Assembly: GCA_051532035.1 (NCBI GenBank)
Contig: JAOPTW010000027.1
Coordinates: 32,001 to 96,000 of the forward strand
DNA: 64,000 bases
Source of the DNA: Fibrobacterales bacterium
GTDB taxonomy: Bacteria > Fibrobacterota > Fibrobacteria > Fibrobacterales > JAOPTW01
Direction: 5' to 3'
This document shows, in pieces, positions 20,780 to 30,979 of this stretch (positions are counted from its first letter, which is position 1; each line of letters opens with the position of its first letter). A program made the position numbers and the translations under genes. Below the pieces are notes generated by a model. It ran no database searches, was not told the DNA's origin, and saw only the letters and a list, made by a program, of their open reading frames with translations.

Positions 20780-21547
20780 TTACTTACCTTTAAGCAACAT
20801 TACTCTCTCTACATTAAACGTCGTGTCTTGAGCAACAGTGCTCAAAAGTTTACTTTCCTCTCCATTCATATACGCGCCAACCTCAAATGCTTCAGCCCGT
20901 AACACCATATAAAACGTCTCATACCTTGGTGCATCATCGAGTTGATACGAAAACGGAAGAAGCCGCTTGAGAGAATCTAACCGCACCGACCCTCCATCTT
21001 TTTTTGCAAGATGGTACGTCACCGCACCATTGCCATCAATGGATAAAATAACGCCATGACACTGCTCCGTTACCACATATTCAAGTTGAAACTCATCACC
21101 CGCACTTACAACCATACTGTCTCTCATGAGGCTCGAACCCAATCGTGTCTTTTTATACACATTAAGCTGAGCATCTAATCCTTTAATACGTACCACTTCT
21201 GCTGTATCATTCATCATTTGTCCTTCAAAAGGACTCATAGATTTATAAGTAATCGTCACCCCAAAGACCACCATAAGGGTTACTAATACCCCCTTAACTA
21301 ACGATGTAAATGCAAAACCTTCTTTTTCTTTATAAAGACTTTTACGCTGGGCACGCTTTTGTCGAACCTTCCCTTCCATAGTCGCATAGGGAAACCGCTC
21401 TCTCAAGTCATGGTTATTCTGCTCTAACAATGCAATACGTTGCTGCAACACACTATCATCTGCAATGCTCTTTTTCATTGCCGTACTCTCTGCTTCAGAT
21501 AGATCACCGAGTAAATATTGCTCTAAAGTAAAATCATCATACTTCAT
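20780..21547 (-). CDS. Putative membrane anti-sigma factor with periplasmic beta-domain (DUF4384-like)
   Basis: N-terminal LEQYLLGDL anti-sigma-like helix, one TM, then RIKG and GDEFQLEY..ILSIDGNG..LDDAP; overlaps the sigma gene. Confidence 0.8.
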   Translation of the reverse strand: MKYDDFTLEQYLLGDLSEAESTAMKKSIADDSVLQQRIALLEQNNHDLRERFPYATMEGKVRQKRAQRKSLYKEKEGFAFTSLVKGVLVTLMVVFGVTITYKSMSPFEGQMMNDTAEVVRIKGLDAQLNVYKKTRLGSSLMRDSMVVSAGDEFQLEYVVTEQCHGVILSIDGNGAVTYHLAKKDGGSVRLDSLKRLLPFSYQLDDAPRYETFYMVLRAEAFEVGAYMNGEESKLLSTVAQDTTFNVERVMLLKGK

Positions 21548-22019
21548 AGGTAAATGCCTCCCTCGAAAACTTTTGCAATTTTTTTAACCGTTTCCTTACC
21601 GCAGGAATAGAAATTTTAAAATAGCCCGCAACTTCTCCCACGCTCCAGCCATCTCGATAATGCATGACTGCCATCGCTGCACTTTTTTCATCATTTCGCG
21701 ATAACACTTTTTTGAGAAATGATTTATCGTTTACAAGCGTCAATGTACACTGTGCATCTGCTATTAGTTCAAGAGCAGGCTCTTCACACTTTACTTTTGA
21801 ATCTCTAATCATATTCAATGCTCTATTTGTTGCCATAGTATACAGAAGACTCGAAGGCTGAGAGACATCAAGGGCCTCCCCTTTATTGTGCACTGTCAAG
21901 AACGTATCATGCATACAATCTGCCGCCATCTCTTCATTTTTTAACATCGAAAAACAACGCCGATATACCATCGGACTATACTGCGTATAGAGCTTTTCGA
22001 ATGTTGCTTTACTTTTCAT
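21537..22019 (-). CDS. ECF RNA polymerase sigma factor
   Basis: Region 2 (LYTQYSPMVYRRC..A.DCMHDTF..LYTMATNRALN) and region 4 (HYRDGWSVGEVA..VRKRL); 160 aa. Confidence 0.9.
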   Translation of the reverse strand: MKSKATFEKLYTQYSPMVYRRCFSMLKNEEMAADCMHDTFLTVHNKGEALDVSQPSSLLYTMATNRALNMIRDSKVKCEEPALELIADAQCTLTLVNDKSFLKKVLSRNDEKSAAMAVMHYRDGWSVGEVAGYFKISIPAVRKRLKKLQKFSREAFTYEV

Positions 22020-22161
22020 CTATATCTTAAACACATGAAGGAGCAGAAAAGAAACCACTCCTATAATTTTTTGCGAAATGTAGTAAATCAGCCTATTTCA
22101 GCTATTAAACCCACCATAAACACCACATTACTACCCCCACAAACAACAATTTCAAAATACC

Positions 22162-22220
22162 TTAAACAGACAAGTGCCATTTAAACGGCACTTAAACACC
22201 ATTTAAACACATTTTTAAAC
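22162..22220. repeat. Phased TTAAAC repeats with an embedded palindrome
   Basis: TTAAAC at 22162, 22181, 22192, 22203 and 22215; AAGTGCC-N8-GGCACTT at 22172-22193. Confidence 0.65.
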
Positions 22221-22395
22221 ATTTATCAATCAAAACGCCCTCCTTTCCTATAGACACCCATTATCAATAGATCAATTTAATACTAAAATTCCTTAAACAG
22301 TGATTGACTTGAATTTGAATGACCTGTCTTTGAAGCACCTGACGCCCACACTACTCATTCAAGCCAGCGTAAATGAAAAACAAAAGGAACCAATT

Positions 22396-23940
22396 ATGAA
22401 AAAAGTATTACCACTCATCGCAGCCGCATCATACGCAGCACTTATGATGTCATGTCAAATCGTTTCACCTCCACCTACCGAAGATCCACTCAGCAGCTCT
22501 GTTATTGCAGAGGGCGACAGCACTATCGTTTCATCGGCCACTGCACTCTCTTCTGCAACAACACTTTCTTCATCGCCTTTCGATACTATCATCATCTCTT
22601 TCTCATCTGCCGAACTCTCTTCTTCAAGTGAAGTTGTTACGCCAGACACTACCCTTTTAAGCAGTAGCGTCATCACCCTCCCCGACACCATTATCTTGAG
22701 CTCATCATCAGTAATACCTGACACCATCCCCCTCAGCTCTTCTGCACCTACCATTTCATCTTCCACAATAGTCCCCGACACAATTTTTAGCTCTTCTGAA
22801 GCAGTGAGCTCTTCGGAGATAGCAAGCTCATCAGAAACAATGAGTTCTTCGGAAACGATAAGTTCTTCAGAAGTTGCAAGCTCTTCATCTGTCGCACCTG
22901 TAGTTGACCCTCTTCCAGCAGCCATCGACACTACCCTTATTGAAGCAACTGAAGCCCTAACAAGCCCAGGCACCGCAACAACAAATAGTGAATACGGATC
23001 GTATCCTGCATGGAAAGCCTTCGATAAAGAGCCTGGATTTACTCCATGGATCTCTGATCACGACTTTCGCCCTGGCACCGGCCCTGCGAACCTTATGTAC
23101 CTCTTTGACTACAAAAAAACAGTTGTTGAATACCGCATTCAAGGTCGCTTTGATTCCCTTAAAGACCGTCTTCCAAAGAGCTGGATTATCCAAGGAACCA
23201 ACAGTGATGCAGCTACAGCAAATGACGCCCTCACTGATGGAGCATGGACAACTATTGATACTCAAAACGACATTACTGTCGGCGAAGAGTGGCAGTCAAC
23301 TGGAATTACAGCAACCACAGCATACACTGTCGCAAACCCTGCACCATACACAGCCTATAGAATTTGTGTAACCGAAGTAAATGGATCATCAGTAGTCGAT
23401 ATTCATGAACTCTTTCTTCTTGAAAAAGGGATTGAAGACATCACTATCCACACAACCGCAGATGATAATCGCACTTCAAGCACCGCACTATACAGCTCAG
23501 CATATCCCGCCTGGAAGCTCTTTGATGGAGCAAGCAACTGGACACAATGGATGTCTGCTCACGTATTTAGACCAGGTACCGGCCCAGCAAATGTCGCCTA
23601 CAACTTTGACGATGCAACCGTTGTTCGTGAATACACTCTCAGGGGCCGCTATGACACCCTTAAGGATCGCCTCCCTAAAAACTGGATTCTACAAGGCAGT
23701 AATGCAGCCACCGCCATCGCAACAGATGCACTCGACAGTGACACATGGACAACCATCGACACCCGTACTGACATGGAAATTGGCGGCGCATGGAACTCTG
23801 ATACCAACACCGCGTCAATGACACTAGAAGTGCAAAGCCCTGGTGACTACACAACCTATAGAATCTGTATTACTGCTGTCAACGGATCATCAATTGCCGA
23901 CCTTATTGAACTTTCTTTTGCAGGAAGCCCTGCCCCTTAA
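22396..23940 (+). CDS. Lipoprotein with Ser-rich linker and two tandem F5/8 type C (discoidin)-like domains
   Basis: AAGGA RBS and ATG at 22396; lipobox MMSC; SSSExx repeats; two copies of YPAWKxFD...RPGTGPAN...DRLPKxWIxQGxN...WTTIDT. Confidence 0.85.
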   Translation: MKKVLPLIAAASYAALMMSCQIVSPPPTEDPLSSSVIAEGDSTIVSSATALSSATTLSSSPFDTIIISFSSAELSSSSEVVTPDTTLLSSSVITLPDTIILSSSSVIPDTIPLSSSAPTISSSTIVPDTIFSSSEAVSSSEIASSSETMSSSETISSSEVASSSSVAPVVDPLPAAIDTTLIEATEALTSPGTATTNSEYGSYPAWKAFDKEPGFTPWISDHDFRPGTGPANLMYLFDYKKTVVEYRIQGRFDSLKDRLPKSWIIQGTNSDAATANDALTDGAWTTIDTQNDITVGEEWQSTGITATTAYTVANPAPYTAYRICVTEVNGSSVVDIHELFLLEKGIEDITIHTTADDNRTSSTALYSSAYPAWKLFDGASNWTQWMSAHVFRPGTGPANVAYNFDDATVVREYTLRGRYDTLKDRLPKNWILQGSNAATAIATDALDSDTWTTIDTRTDMEIGGAWNSDTNTASMTLEVQSPGDYTTYRICITAVNGSSIADLIELSFAGSPAP

Positions 23941-23962
23941 ACTCTATCATAACACAGTAAAC

Positions 23963-23999
23963 AAAAAGGGCAGCCTCATTCCAATGAGACTGCCCTTTT
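23963..23999. terminator. Bidirectional terminator
   Basis: AAAAAGGGCAGCCTCATT-CC-AATGAGACTGCCCTTTT between convergent genes. Confidence 0.85.
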
Positions 24000-24018
24000 A
24001 TATTTTAGAAATCTATTG

Positions 24019-24828
24019 TTATTGCAAAGTACAGTTTTGTGTCGTTGTCCACCCAAGATCCGCTTCGGTTAACCACCCTCGAAACACATCCTCTTGCTCT
24101 GGATCACTACTTACATTTGGCCCACAGAGATAATTACTTGCAACATTGATATAGTCAGGGCGAAGAGCCATAAGTTCAACAGGGAGCTTTGATATTAGGT
24201 TATATGAAAGATCAGCATAGTTGAGCGCAACCATTTTCCCAACCCCCGCAGGAAGCGTATTAATTTTATTGTACGAGAGATCGAGACGAACGAGTCGAGT
24301 AAACCACTCAAAACCTTCAGGTATTACCACAATATGATTATTACTCAAATCAAGCTCAATGACACGAGTAACATCCATTGTGTCTGGGAGTGCAATAATT
24401 TTATTATTACTCAAATCAACATAGTTCAAGTTTTCAAACCGTAAATAACTGGGAAGTAACGCTATTTCGTTATTATTGAGCCGCAAACTTTTCAGCCAGA
24501 TAAGCTTATCCAAGTCTACCGGGATACTGGTGACCCCTGAATAGGTTATAGAAAGCTCCGTCAATTCGGTGAGCTGCGTAATATGCGAAGTAAACTGAGT
24601 AAACAGCTGTCCCGTCACCTTAAGAGAGGTAACTTTTCCAAGTCCATCCTTTTCATAGGACACCCCATGGGCACCCCATTCAACACCATTAGCAACTAGA
24701 AATTCGGCCAGTGCCAATGAATCACTCACATCAAGAGCAACAGGGTCTCGCATAAGGGAACATGACTGAGTCGTAGGGAGAAAGAAAATAGAAAGTGCCA
24801 CTACAGCAATAGAGAGTAATCGTTTCAT
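24019..24828 (-). CDS. Leucine-rich repeat lipoprotein
   Basis: Signal ending TQSC; repeated LxxLDLSxNxIxxLP. Confidence 0.88.
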   Translation of the reverse strand: MKRLLSIAVVALSIFFLPTTQSCSLMRDPVALDVSDSLALAEFLVANGVEWGAHGVSYEKDGLGKVTSLKVTGQLFTQFTSHITQLTELTELSITYSGVTSIPVDLDKLIWLKSLRLNNNEIALLPSYLRFENLNYVDLSNNKIIALPDTMDVTRVIELDLSNNHIVVIPEGFEWFTRLVRLDLSYNKINTLPAGVGKMVALNYADLSYNLISKLPVELMALRPDYINVASNYLCGPNVSSDPEQEDVFRGWLTEADLGWTTTQNCTLQ

Positions 24829-25016
24829 AAGAAACCTTCATTTAATAATACAATAAATATACACTACTATCACTCTGTAAACAACACCAAACCCAGCTTA
24901 CATTTTGTAATCTGGGCCCATACCCCACTGTAGCAATGTATAATACTTTTTAGAGATTCAAAACACCCCTATATCACTAATGGAGCATAATTAAGAAATT
25001 AGTCTCCAACACTAGA

Positions 25017-25211
25017 TTACTCTGCACTTTGTACCAATGAAATTTGATCCAATTCATCAAACCCCAAGTGCACCAATTCATCTATTGTAAAGTCAACATT
25101 CCGTGAGCCAGAAACAACATAAGCACCCTGTGCCTTAAAAGAAGCACATGTAGTAACCATTGTTGCCAATACAACACCCAACATTACCCCATGAACACCA
25201 CTTCTCTTCAT
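25017..25211 (-). CDS. Small exported peptide (64 aa) resembling the TonB receptor N-terminal extension
   Basis: AGGT RBS, 17 nt after the receptor stop; hydrophobic signal; DFTIDELVHLGFDELDQISL. Confidence 0.6.
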   Translation of the reverse strand: MKRSGVHGVMLGVVLATMVTTCASFKAQGAYVVSGSRNVDFTIDELVHLGFDELDQISLVQSAE

Positions 25212-25228
25212 ACATTACCTAAAAGCAT

Positions 25229-27286
25229 TTAAAAGTTGTATGCAATTTTTCCCGAAAATTCACGACTTGATCCAGGTAGAGGGGTATCATACCCATCATA
25301 AGCCTCTGCCATTTCATAATTTTCATTTAAAATATTATATGCTCCAACTGTAAAACCAACTTCATCAAAGAACACTGAATCCCAATTAAGAACGAGATCA
25401 AGCATATACACACGGTCAAGTTTTTTATATTGAAAATCTGGAATCCAGTTCCCCAACGCATCATATTCATATCCATAATCTGCCCAAATTGCCGTGCGCT
25501 CACCCACAAAACGTAGCGATGGCGTAATATTAAACCTATTAAATGCGCGATAACTCATACTGAGTGTTGCTTTATGCTCTGCAATCCCAAGCTTCCTGTC
25601 AGGATTTAACGGGTCTCTAAAATTTTCAGCTACAGCACCCCAATTTCTCGCAAATGAATAATTTGATATCACACTAATATCTTTCCATTTATAGCGAACA
25701 GACAGTTCTGCACCATACGAACCCATATTTTTTGAATTAAGGTATAGGTTTTCTCCAGCACTACCATCCCATGTATAAATAATGGCATCGCGTATTTGCA
25801 TCCAAAAAAGATTTCCCTGAATCCATAAATCACTCATAGGGTGATAGCCGAGTTCGGTTTCAGTAATCCAAGTAAATTCTGGCTTTATATCTGGATTCGT
25901 CGCTACACTTAATATCGCAGGATCTCTTTGCGCCCCACTGAGTAATAATTTCAAATCTAAGTCTTTTGAAATCGTTCCAGTATAGGCAAGCCGAGGCACT
26001 ATAGAATTCCCATAATTCTCATTATTATTCCCCCGAAACCCTGCCGTAAATGTACCAACCCCCGTACGAGCAATAAGCTGTGCATACACCGCTCCAGCAT
26101 AGCTATCTGTATAATTATCCCCATTATAAGTTAAACTCAAGTAGTCCCTTCCTATGATAAAATCATACGTAACTCCTGACAACAATTTCACATCGTCATT
26201 AATGTCAACATCTACAGGTATATCCAGTGAGTATTTCTCACTACGATCATCAATCTGCCAATCAGCATACACTGACCCATCAGAATACAGTACCTCATTT
26301 GCATTCCAAGGCTTCTGTTGCTTGTATTGTATGGCCGGGTTCAACCTCAATGACGGAGATATATCCAATAAATAACTGACCTTCGCAGCATAACTGATAA
26401 ACTCTGTATGATAATCAGGTACATCATATGTTGGATAAGGAAACTGGATATAATAATTATCATAGAATGCATTGATTGTAAATCCTCCGTATTCTGCCTT
26501 AACTAAAGCATTTGAAACTTTAGTCGACCCATTATCATCATCGCTCAGATCTATATTTGCACCATATATATCTTGTAGCGTTCTATCCGAATAATTCCCT
26601 TGCTCCATGCTTATAAAGGCAGAAACATTCCCCTTCTCACTCTTTGTACCAAGAAAAACATTACCGCCGGTGCGTCCTGTCATTTTTTCTGTTCTAGAAT
26701 AATATCCATTTGCATTCACATTAAGTTCTTTTGAAGGGGATTTAGTTATAACCGACACAACAGCCATCTCTGCAGCACCACCATATTGTACTGATCCCGG
26801 GCCTCGAATAATCTCAACTCGCTCAATCATATCTGCACTAAAATGTTGCCCAAATGCAATTGACGCATACATTTCATCATTAACATCAATCCCATCAATA
26901 AGGAGCAAAACCTTCCCTTCACTCGCCCAGTTTCCTCTTATTGCAACTGAACGAACACCTTGTAAATCCAATAAAAACTCAAAACCAGGAACAAATTGTA
27001 ATATCTCTTTTAAATCACGCAGCCCCCGTCTTTTAATCTCTTCACTTGTAACAACCGTTATAATCCCCGGAGATTCACGCTGTGTTAATGCGAGCCCACC
27101 TGATGCCACATTTATCGACAAATTCATAAGAGCATCGAGATCCATTTCTATAAGATCGTCCAGAGAGACATCCTCTACCCTAATACTATCTAATTCTTGC
27201 CCCATAAGGGAAGTTGTTACAAGTAAGGTGGCAACAATAGCGGGCACCCATTTAATCATTAGGTTCATTTTCATGATCATCCTCAT
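25229..27286 (-). CDS. TonB-dependent receptor of the YfiR-associated type
   Basis: Plug ESPGIITVVTSEEIKRRG..VPGF, LLLIDG, IERVEIIRGPGSVQYG; C-terminal KIAYNF; N-terminal SLDDLIEMDLDALMNL. Confidence 0.93.
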   Translation of the reverse strand: MRMIMKMNLMIKWVPAIVATLLVTTSLMGQELDSIRVEDVSLDDLIEMDLDALMNLSINVASGGLALTQRESPGIITVVTSEEIKRRGLRDLKEILQFVPGFEFLLDLQGVRSVAIRGNWASEGKVLLLIDGIDVNDEMYASIAFGQHFSADMIERVEIIRGPGSVQYGGAAEMAVVSVITKSPSKELNVNANGYYSRTEKMTGRTGGNVFLGTKSEKGNVSAFISMEQGNYSDRTLQDIYGANIDLSDDDNGSTKVSNALVKAEYGGFTINAFYDNYYIQFPYPTYDVPDYHTEFISYAAKVSYLLDISPSLRLNPAIQYKQQKPWNANEVLYSDGSVYADWQIDDRSEKYSLDIPVDVDINDDVKLLSGVTYDFIIGRDYLSLTYNGDNYTDSYAGAVYAQLIARTGVGTFTAGFRGNNNENYGNSIVPRLAYTGTISKDLDLKLLLSGAQRDPAILSVATNPDIKPEFTWITETELGYHPMSDLWIQGNLFWMQIRDAIIYTWDGSAGENLYLNSKNMGSYGAELSVRYKWKDISVISNYSFARNWGAVAENFRDPLNPDRKLGIAEHKATLSMSYRAFNRFNITPSLRFVGERTAIWADYGYEYDALGNWIPDFQYKKLDRVYMLDLVLNWDSVFFDEVGFTVGAYNILNENYEMAEAYDGYDTPLPGSSREFSGKIAYNF

Positions 27287-30053
27287 TTTCTTCTGTTCTG
27301 TTACGTTTTTCTAATTTCTTAAGCTCAATTATTTTTAACCACTTCTCTAACGTTTTAATAACCGAAACCGAATTTATTGGTTTTGGTATGTAATCATCCA
27401 TGCCTGCATCGAGACACTTCTCTTTATCACCTTCCATCGCATTAGCCGTCATTGCTATAATTGGCAATTCTGGATTTAATATATCTACACCTTTTTGACG
27501 AATAACGCGTGTCGTCTTATACCCGTCCATTACAGGCATCTGTACATCCATAAAAATCAGATCATATTCTTTCTCTTTAAGACGCTGAAGGGCCTCTTCT
27601 CCGTTACCTGCAATATCGGGAACAATACCTGCCTTTTTCAATACACCAGTAGCAACTTTTTGATTTATTTTATTATCCTCAACCAACAAGAGGCGTACAC
27701 TCGACCGAATATTTTTACTGATACTGTACTGAGTAATAATTTCCTTTTTCTTTTTTTGCTCAGCATCTACCTCGAGACCCAAAGCCTCTTCTAAACATTC
27801 ATGGAGCTCTCGCGCAAGTACCGGCTTAGTTAAATAGGCTGTAAAACCCATTTCTGAAAGTCGACTCACATCCCCGCGTTTACCCATTGAACTCATCATA
27901 ATCAGTATAATATCCGCTATCTCTGGATCATTCTTTATTGCCTGACCAACCTGCTCTCCATCCATCCCCGGCATCTGCATATCTAAAATCGCTACAGTAT
28001 ATGGAGACCCTTTCTGTTTTGCCTCTTTTAATAATTCAATTCCAGAAGGCCCACCCTCAGCAAGATCACAAGCCACATTCCACGAATTCAGCTGCTTTTC
28101 TACAACTTTTCTATTGGTGTGATTATCATCAATAAACAGAATTTTTTCACCTTCAATATCTTTACGATGCGCAGGTGAATACTGCTTGTCTGATTTATTC
28201 AATTCTATAGTAAACCAAAAAAGTGATCCTGTAGTGCCATGATGACGGCAAACCTCTGAACCATGCTCAACGGGACTCTCAACCCCTATTTCACCATTCA
28301 TCAATGCAACGAGTTGTTTCGAAATAGCAAGACCAAGCCCCGTACCACCAAATTCTCGGGTTGTTGAACTATCTGCCTGAGTAAATTTTTCAAAGAGCAT
28401 CTCTTGCTTCTCTTTAGGGATACCAATCCCCGTGTCGCGTACGCCAACCTTTAACCGAATTGCACTGCCGATGTCTTCCTCAAACTGTACACAAACAATA
28501 ACTTCACCCTTCTCAGTAAATTTAATGGCATTTCCTGTTAGATTAGTAACTACCTGTCTGAGACGCCCTGGATCACCTTTCACATAAACCGGTACTTCGC
28601 TATCGATACTACAGATAAACTCAATACCTTTTTCATCAGTTCTAAAAGCCATGGTATTAGCAAAGCTCCCCAGCATAGAATGGAGATCAAAATCTATCTC
28701 TTCAAGATCAAGTTTACCCGCCTCAATTTTTGAAAAGTCCAGGATATCATTTATTATTGAGAGAAGTGACTCCGCGCTACTATGAACCGATTCTGCAAAC
28801 CCTCTCTGCTCATTATTCAGAGAGGTATCAAGGAGTAACTCATTCATACCAAGCACCCCATTCATTGGCGTCCTAATTTCATGACTCATGGTGGCTAGAA
28901 AATCACTTTTCGCCCTACTTGCAGCTTCTGCCGCTTCGGTCTGCTCTACAAGAACTTTATTAAGGTCGCGAATACGCTTTTCTTCGGTGAGATCCATAAA
29001 GACAAACACAACTCCTGTCACATCACCCTGGTCATTGCGTATAGGCGCACCACTATCACTCATAAATTTTATATCACCATGCGGCGTCAGTATCACTGTT
29101 TGATTTGAGAGCTTCGTTATACCGCCTGCCCCTAAGACTATCCCTACTGGATCTTCGATACGCTTCCTTGTAGTCTGATTTTCTAAAGTTAATACCTCAT
29201 CAAAAAAGAGACCTCGAGAATCTTCAATTTTCAACCCCACCAACTCTTCAGCTGCCGGATTCATCCGCTCTATTTGACCCTCAACATTTGTAGTAATGAC
29301 CGACTCACCCAGAGAGTCAAGCGTTGTCCGAAGATCACGCTCTTGTTCTTCCAACTCAACTTTAGCGTCATGTATGGTATCCATTAACGCATTAAAATTA
29401 TCATAAAGCACCCCAATTTCATCTCTACTCTCTTTTTCAATATGTCTCTCCGCTTGCTCCCCTCTCGACAACTGGTCCATAAACTGAACCAACTTGATAA
29501 TTGGCGCCGTTACCGATCGCTGTAATATATAAGCAAGAAGGAGGCTTCCACAAACAAGTGCTAACAACAAGATTAAAAGAGTAATGACATTCGAGCGATT
29601 CTCTGCATCCATTTTACTAGCTGATGCAATGATATAGACCAATCCAATACGTTGTTCCTGCTCAAGAATAGGGTAGAACATATGAAGTCCATTCTCTACA
29701 AATTGATGCCCTTTTCGCAATTGATTATTTCTTTCAGACTTCAAGCTCCCTTCTCGGGTATACTCAGCAAATACCAGTGAATCTGCACCATATACGATCA
29801 CCTGCTCAATCACATCAAAAGATTCCATCGAGTTAAGATAACTCTGAGCCACTTCACTATCATCAAACATTAATGGAACGGTCACATATCGACTCACCAC
29901 CTTTGCTTGCTCCATAATCGAGTTGACAAAATTATTTTTTAAATTTGTTGCACTCCGAATACTCAACACGGTAAAGCCAATAGAAAGGGTAACAAAGCTG
30001 ATTCCCACTATAATGAGGAGCAACTTTTTACGTATCGAGATATTACGAATCAT
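27252..30053 (-). CDS. Hybrid sensor kinase (CHASE8-like-HAMP-PAS-HisKA-HATPase-REC-REC)
   Basis: PLMFDD periplasmic motif, [37 protein letters not shown], two receivers (LDMQMP, MDVQMP). Confidence 0.95.
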   Translation of the reverse strand: MIRNISIRKKLLLIIVGISFVTLSIGFTVLSIRSATNLKNNFVNSIMEQAKVVSRYVTVPLMFDDSEVAQSYLNSMESFDVIEQVIVYGADSLVFAEYTREGSLKSERNNQLRKGHQFVENGLHMFYPILEQEQRIGLVYIIASASKMDAENRSNVITLLILLLALVCGSLLLAYILQRSVTAPIIKLVQFMDQLSRGEQAERHIEKESRDEIGVLYDNFNALMDTIHDAKVELEEQERDLRTTLDSLGESVITTNVEGQIERMNPAAEELVGLKIEDSRGLFFDEVLTLENQTTRKRIEDPVGIVLGAGGITKLSNQTVILTPHGDIKFMSDSGAPIRNDQGDVTGVVFVFMDLTEEKRIRDLNKVLVEQTEAAEAASRAKSDFLATMSHEIRTPMNGVLGMNELLLDTSLNNEQRGFAESVHSSAESLLSIINDILDFSKIEAGKLDLEEIDFDLHSMLGSFANTMAFRTDEKGIEFICSIDSEVPVYVKGDPGRLRQVVTNLTGNAIKFTEKGEVIVCVQFEEDIGSAIRLKVGVRDTGIGIPKEKQEMLFEKFTQADSSTTREFGGTGLGLAISKQLVALMNGEIGVESPVEHGSEVCRHHGTTGSLFWFTIELNKSDKQYSPAHRKDIEGEKILFIDDNHTNRKVVEKQLNSWNVACDLAEGGPSGIELLKEAKQKGSPYTVAILDMQMPGMDGEQVGQAIKNDPEIADIILIMMSSMGKRGDVSRLSEMGFTAYLTKPVLARELHECLEEALGLEVDAEQKKKKEIITQYSISKNIRSSVRLLLVEDNKINQKVATGVLKKAGIVPDIAGNGEEALQRLKEKEYDLIFMDVQMPVMDGYKTTRVIRQKGVDILNPELPIIAMTANAMEGDKEKCLDAGMDDYIPKPINSVSVIKTLEKWLKIIELKKLEKRNRTEENEDDHENEPND

Positions 30054-30619
30054 TTGGCGCCCCCTTGCATTTTTTTGAGATAACTCAATAAGAAGGAGCT
30101 TGCCTTAAGGCCCGAAGCAGCCATGGCCCCGGTGTTCATATTAAAACGGATTTTATTAGCATCTTTGTAGAGCACCACATGGGCCCCCTTCGCTAACAAT
30201 GAGGGATTTTCAGTAACAATCAATGCACGGTGTTTTTGATTCTTCTTAATCAAAAGGTCAAAATCATCCTCATTTTCCGGAGATATATAGATAACATGTG
30301 CAAAAGGAATGGAATCACTCAAGGAGTATTCTTGAACGGTCGCCACCCTTTTTTTAATAGTGCGCCCCTCCATACCTTTTTTAATCCAAGCCGAAAGAGG
30401 TGAGTCCCCCAGTATCAGTACTATGAATTTTTCTGATTGGTCGCCCTCACTCCAAGACACCAAGGATACAACTTTTATTAAATATGCGGCTTTGAGTTTA
30501 TTTTCCCCAGAATTTTGACTAAAAACGTTAGAAAATGCCAACAACACTACTACAAGCAGTATGATTTTCCTAATAGGAAAGCTTTTCTCAAAATATCTAG
30601 ACAAACAACATCCTAACAT
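30050..30619 (-). CDS. YfiR/HmsC-family (DUF4154) periplasmic protein
   Basis: ENKLKAAYLIKVVSLVSW, HVIYIS, KIRFNMN..GLKASSFLL; ATGA overlap with the kinase. Confidence 0.88.
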   Translation of the reverse strand: MLGCCLSRYFEKSFPIRKIILLVVVLLAFSNVFSQNSGENKLKAAYLIKVVSLVSWSEGDQSEKFIVLILGDSPLSAWIKKGMEGRTIKKRVATVQEYSLSDSIPFAHVIYISPENEDDFDLLIKKNQKHRALIVTENPSLLAKGAHVVLYKDANKIRFNMNTGAMAASGLKASSFLLSYLKKMQGGAK

Positions 30620-30979
30620 AGATGGTATATTTCTTGATTATTCTACCAAAACTTTCCCTGTAAATGCCAATTTTGGGCCATTTTCTTCAAAATCGCCAGC
30701 AACGCTTACCAAAAATAAGCATTATTGATTGTTTCTATACTTCACGCCCTACAATCCGTCTATTTCGGCCATTAATCATCATTTAAGTATCTCCTTATTT
30801 TTCAACAACTTACACATCCACCACCACCGGTAACAAATTGTGAACGACCTTTACAATGTTATCGAAATTTAACTATGCTCATCACCATAAAAATGCTACT
30901 TTTCAACTACTACCTAAACCCCTGTGGAACTCAACTCTATTACACACCCCTTTCTGAGTATCCACTTTAAGGAGAACCT

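Noticed and set aside
22455..22973. 172-aa antisense ORF, and similarly 38509-38925 and other nested ORFs
   Set aside because: Shadow frames of Ser-rich or well-supported genes on the other strand or frame
30838..30856. TTGTGAA-N5-TTTACAA as a Rex site
   Set aside because: Spacer is 5 rather than 4 and one half-site is imperfect
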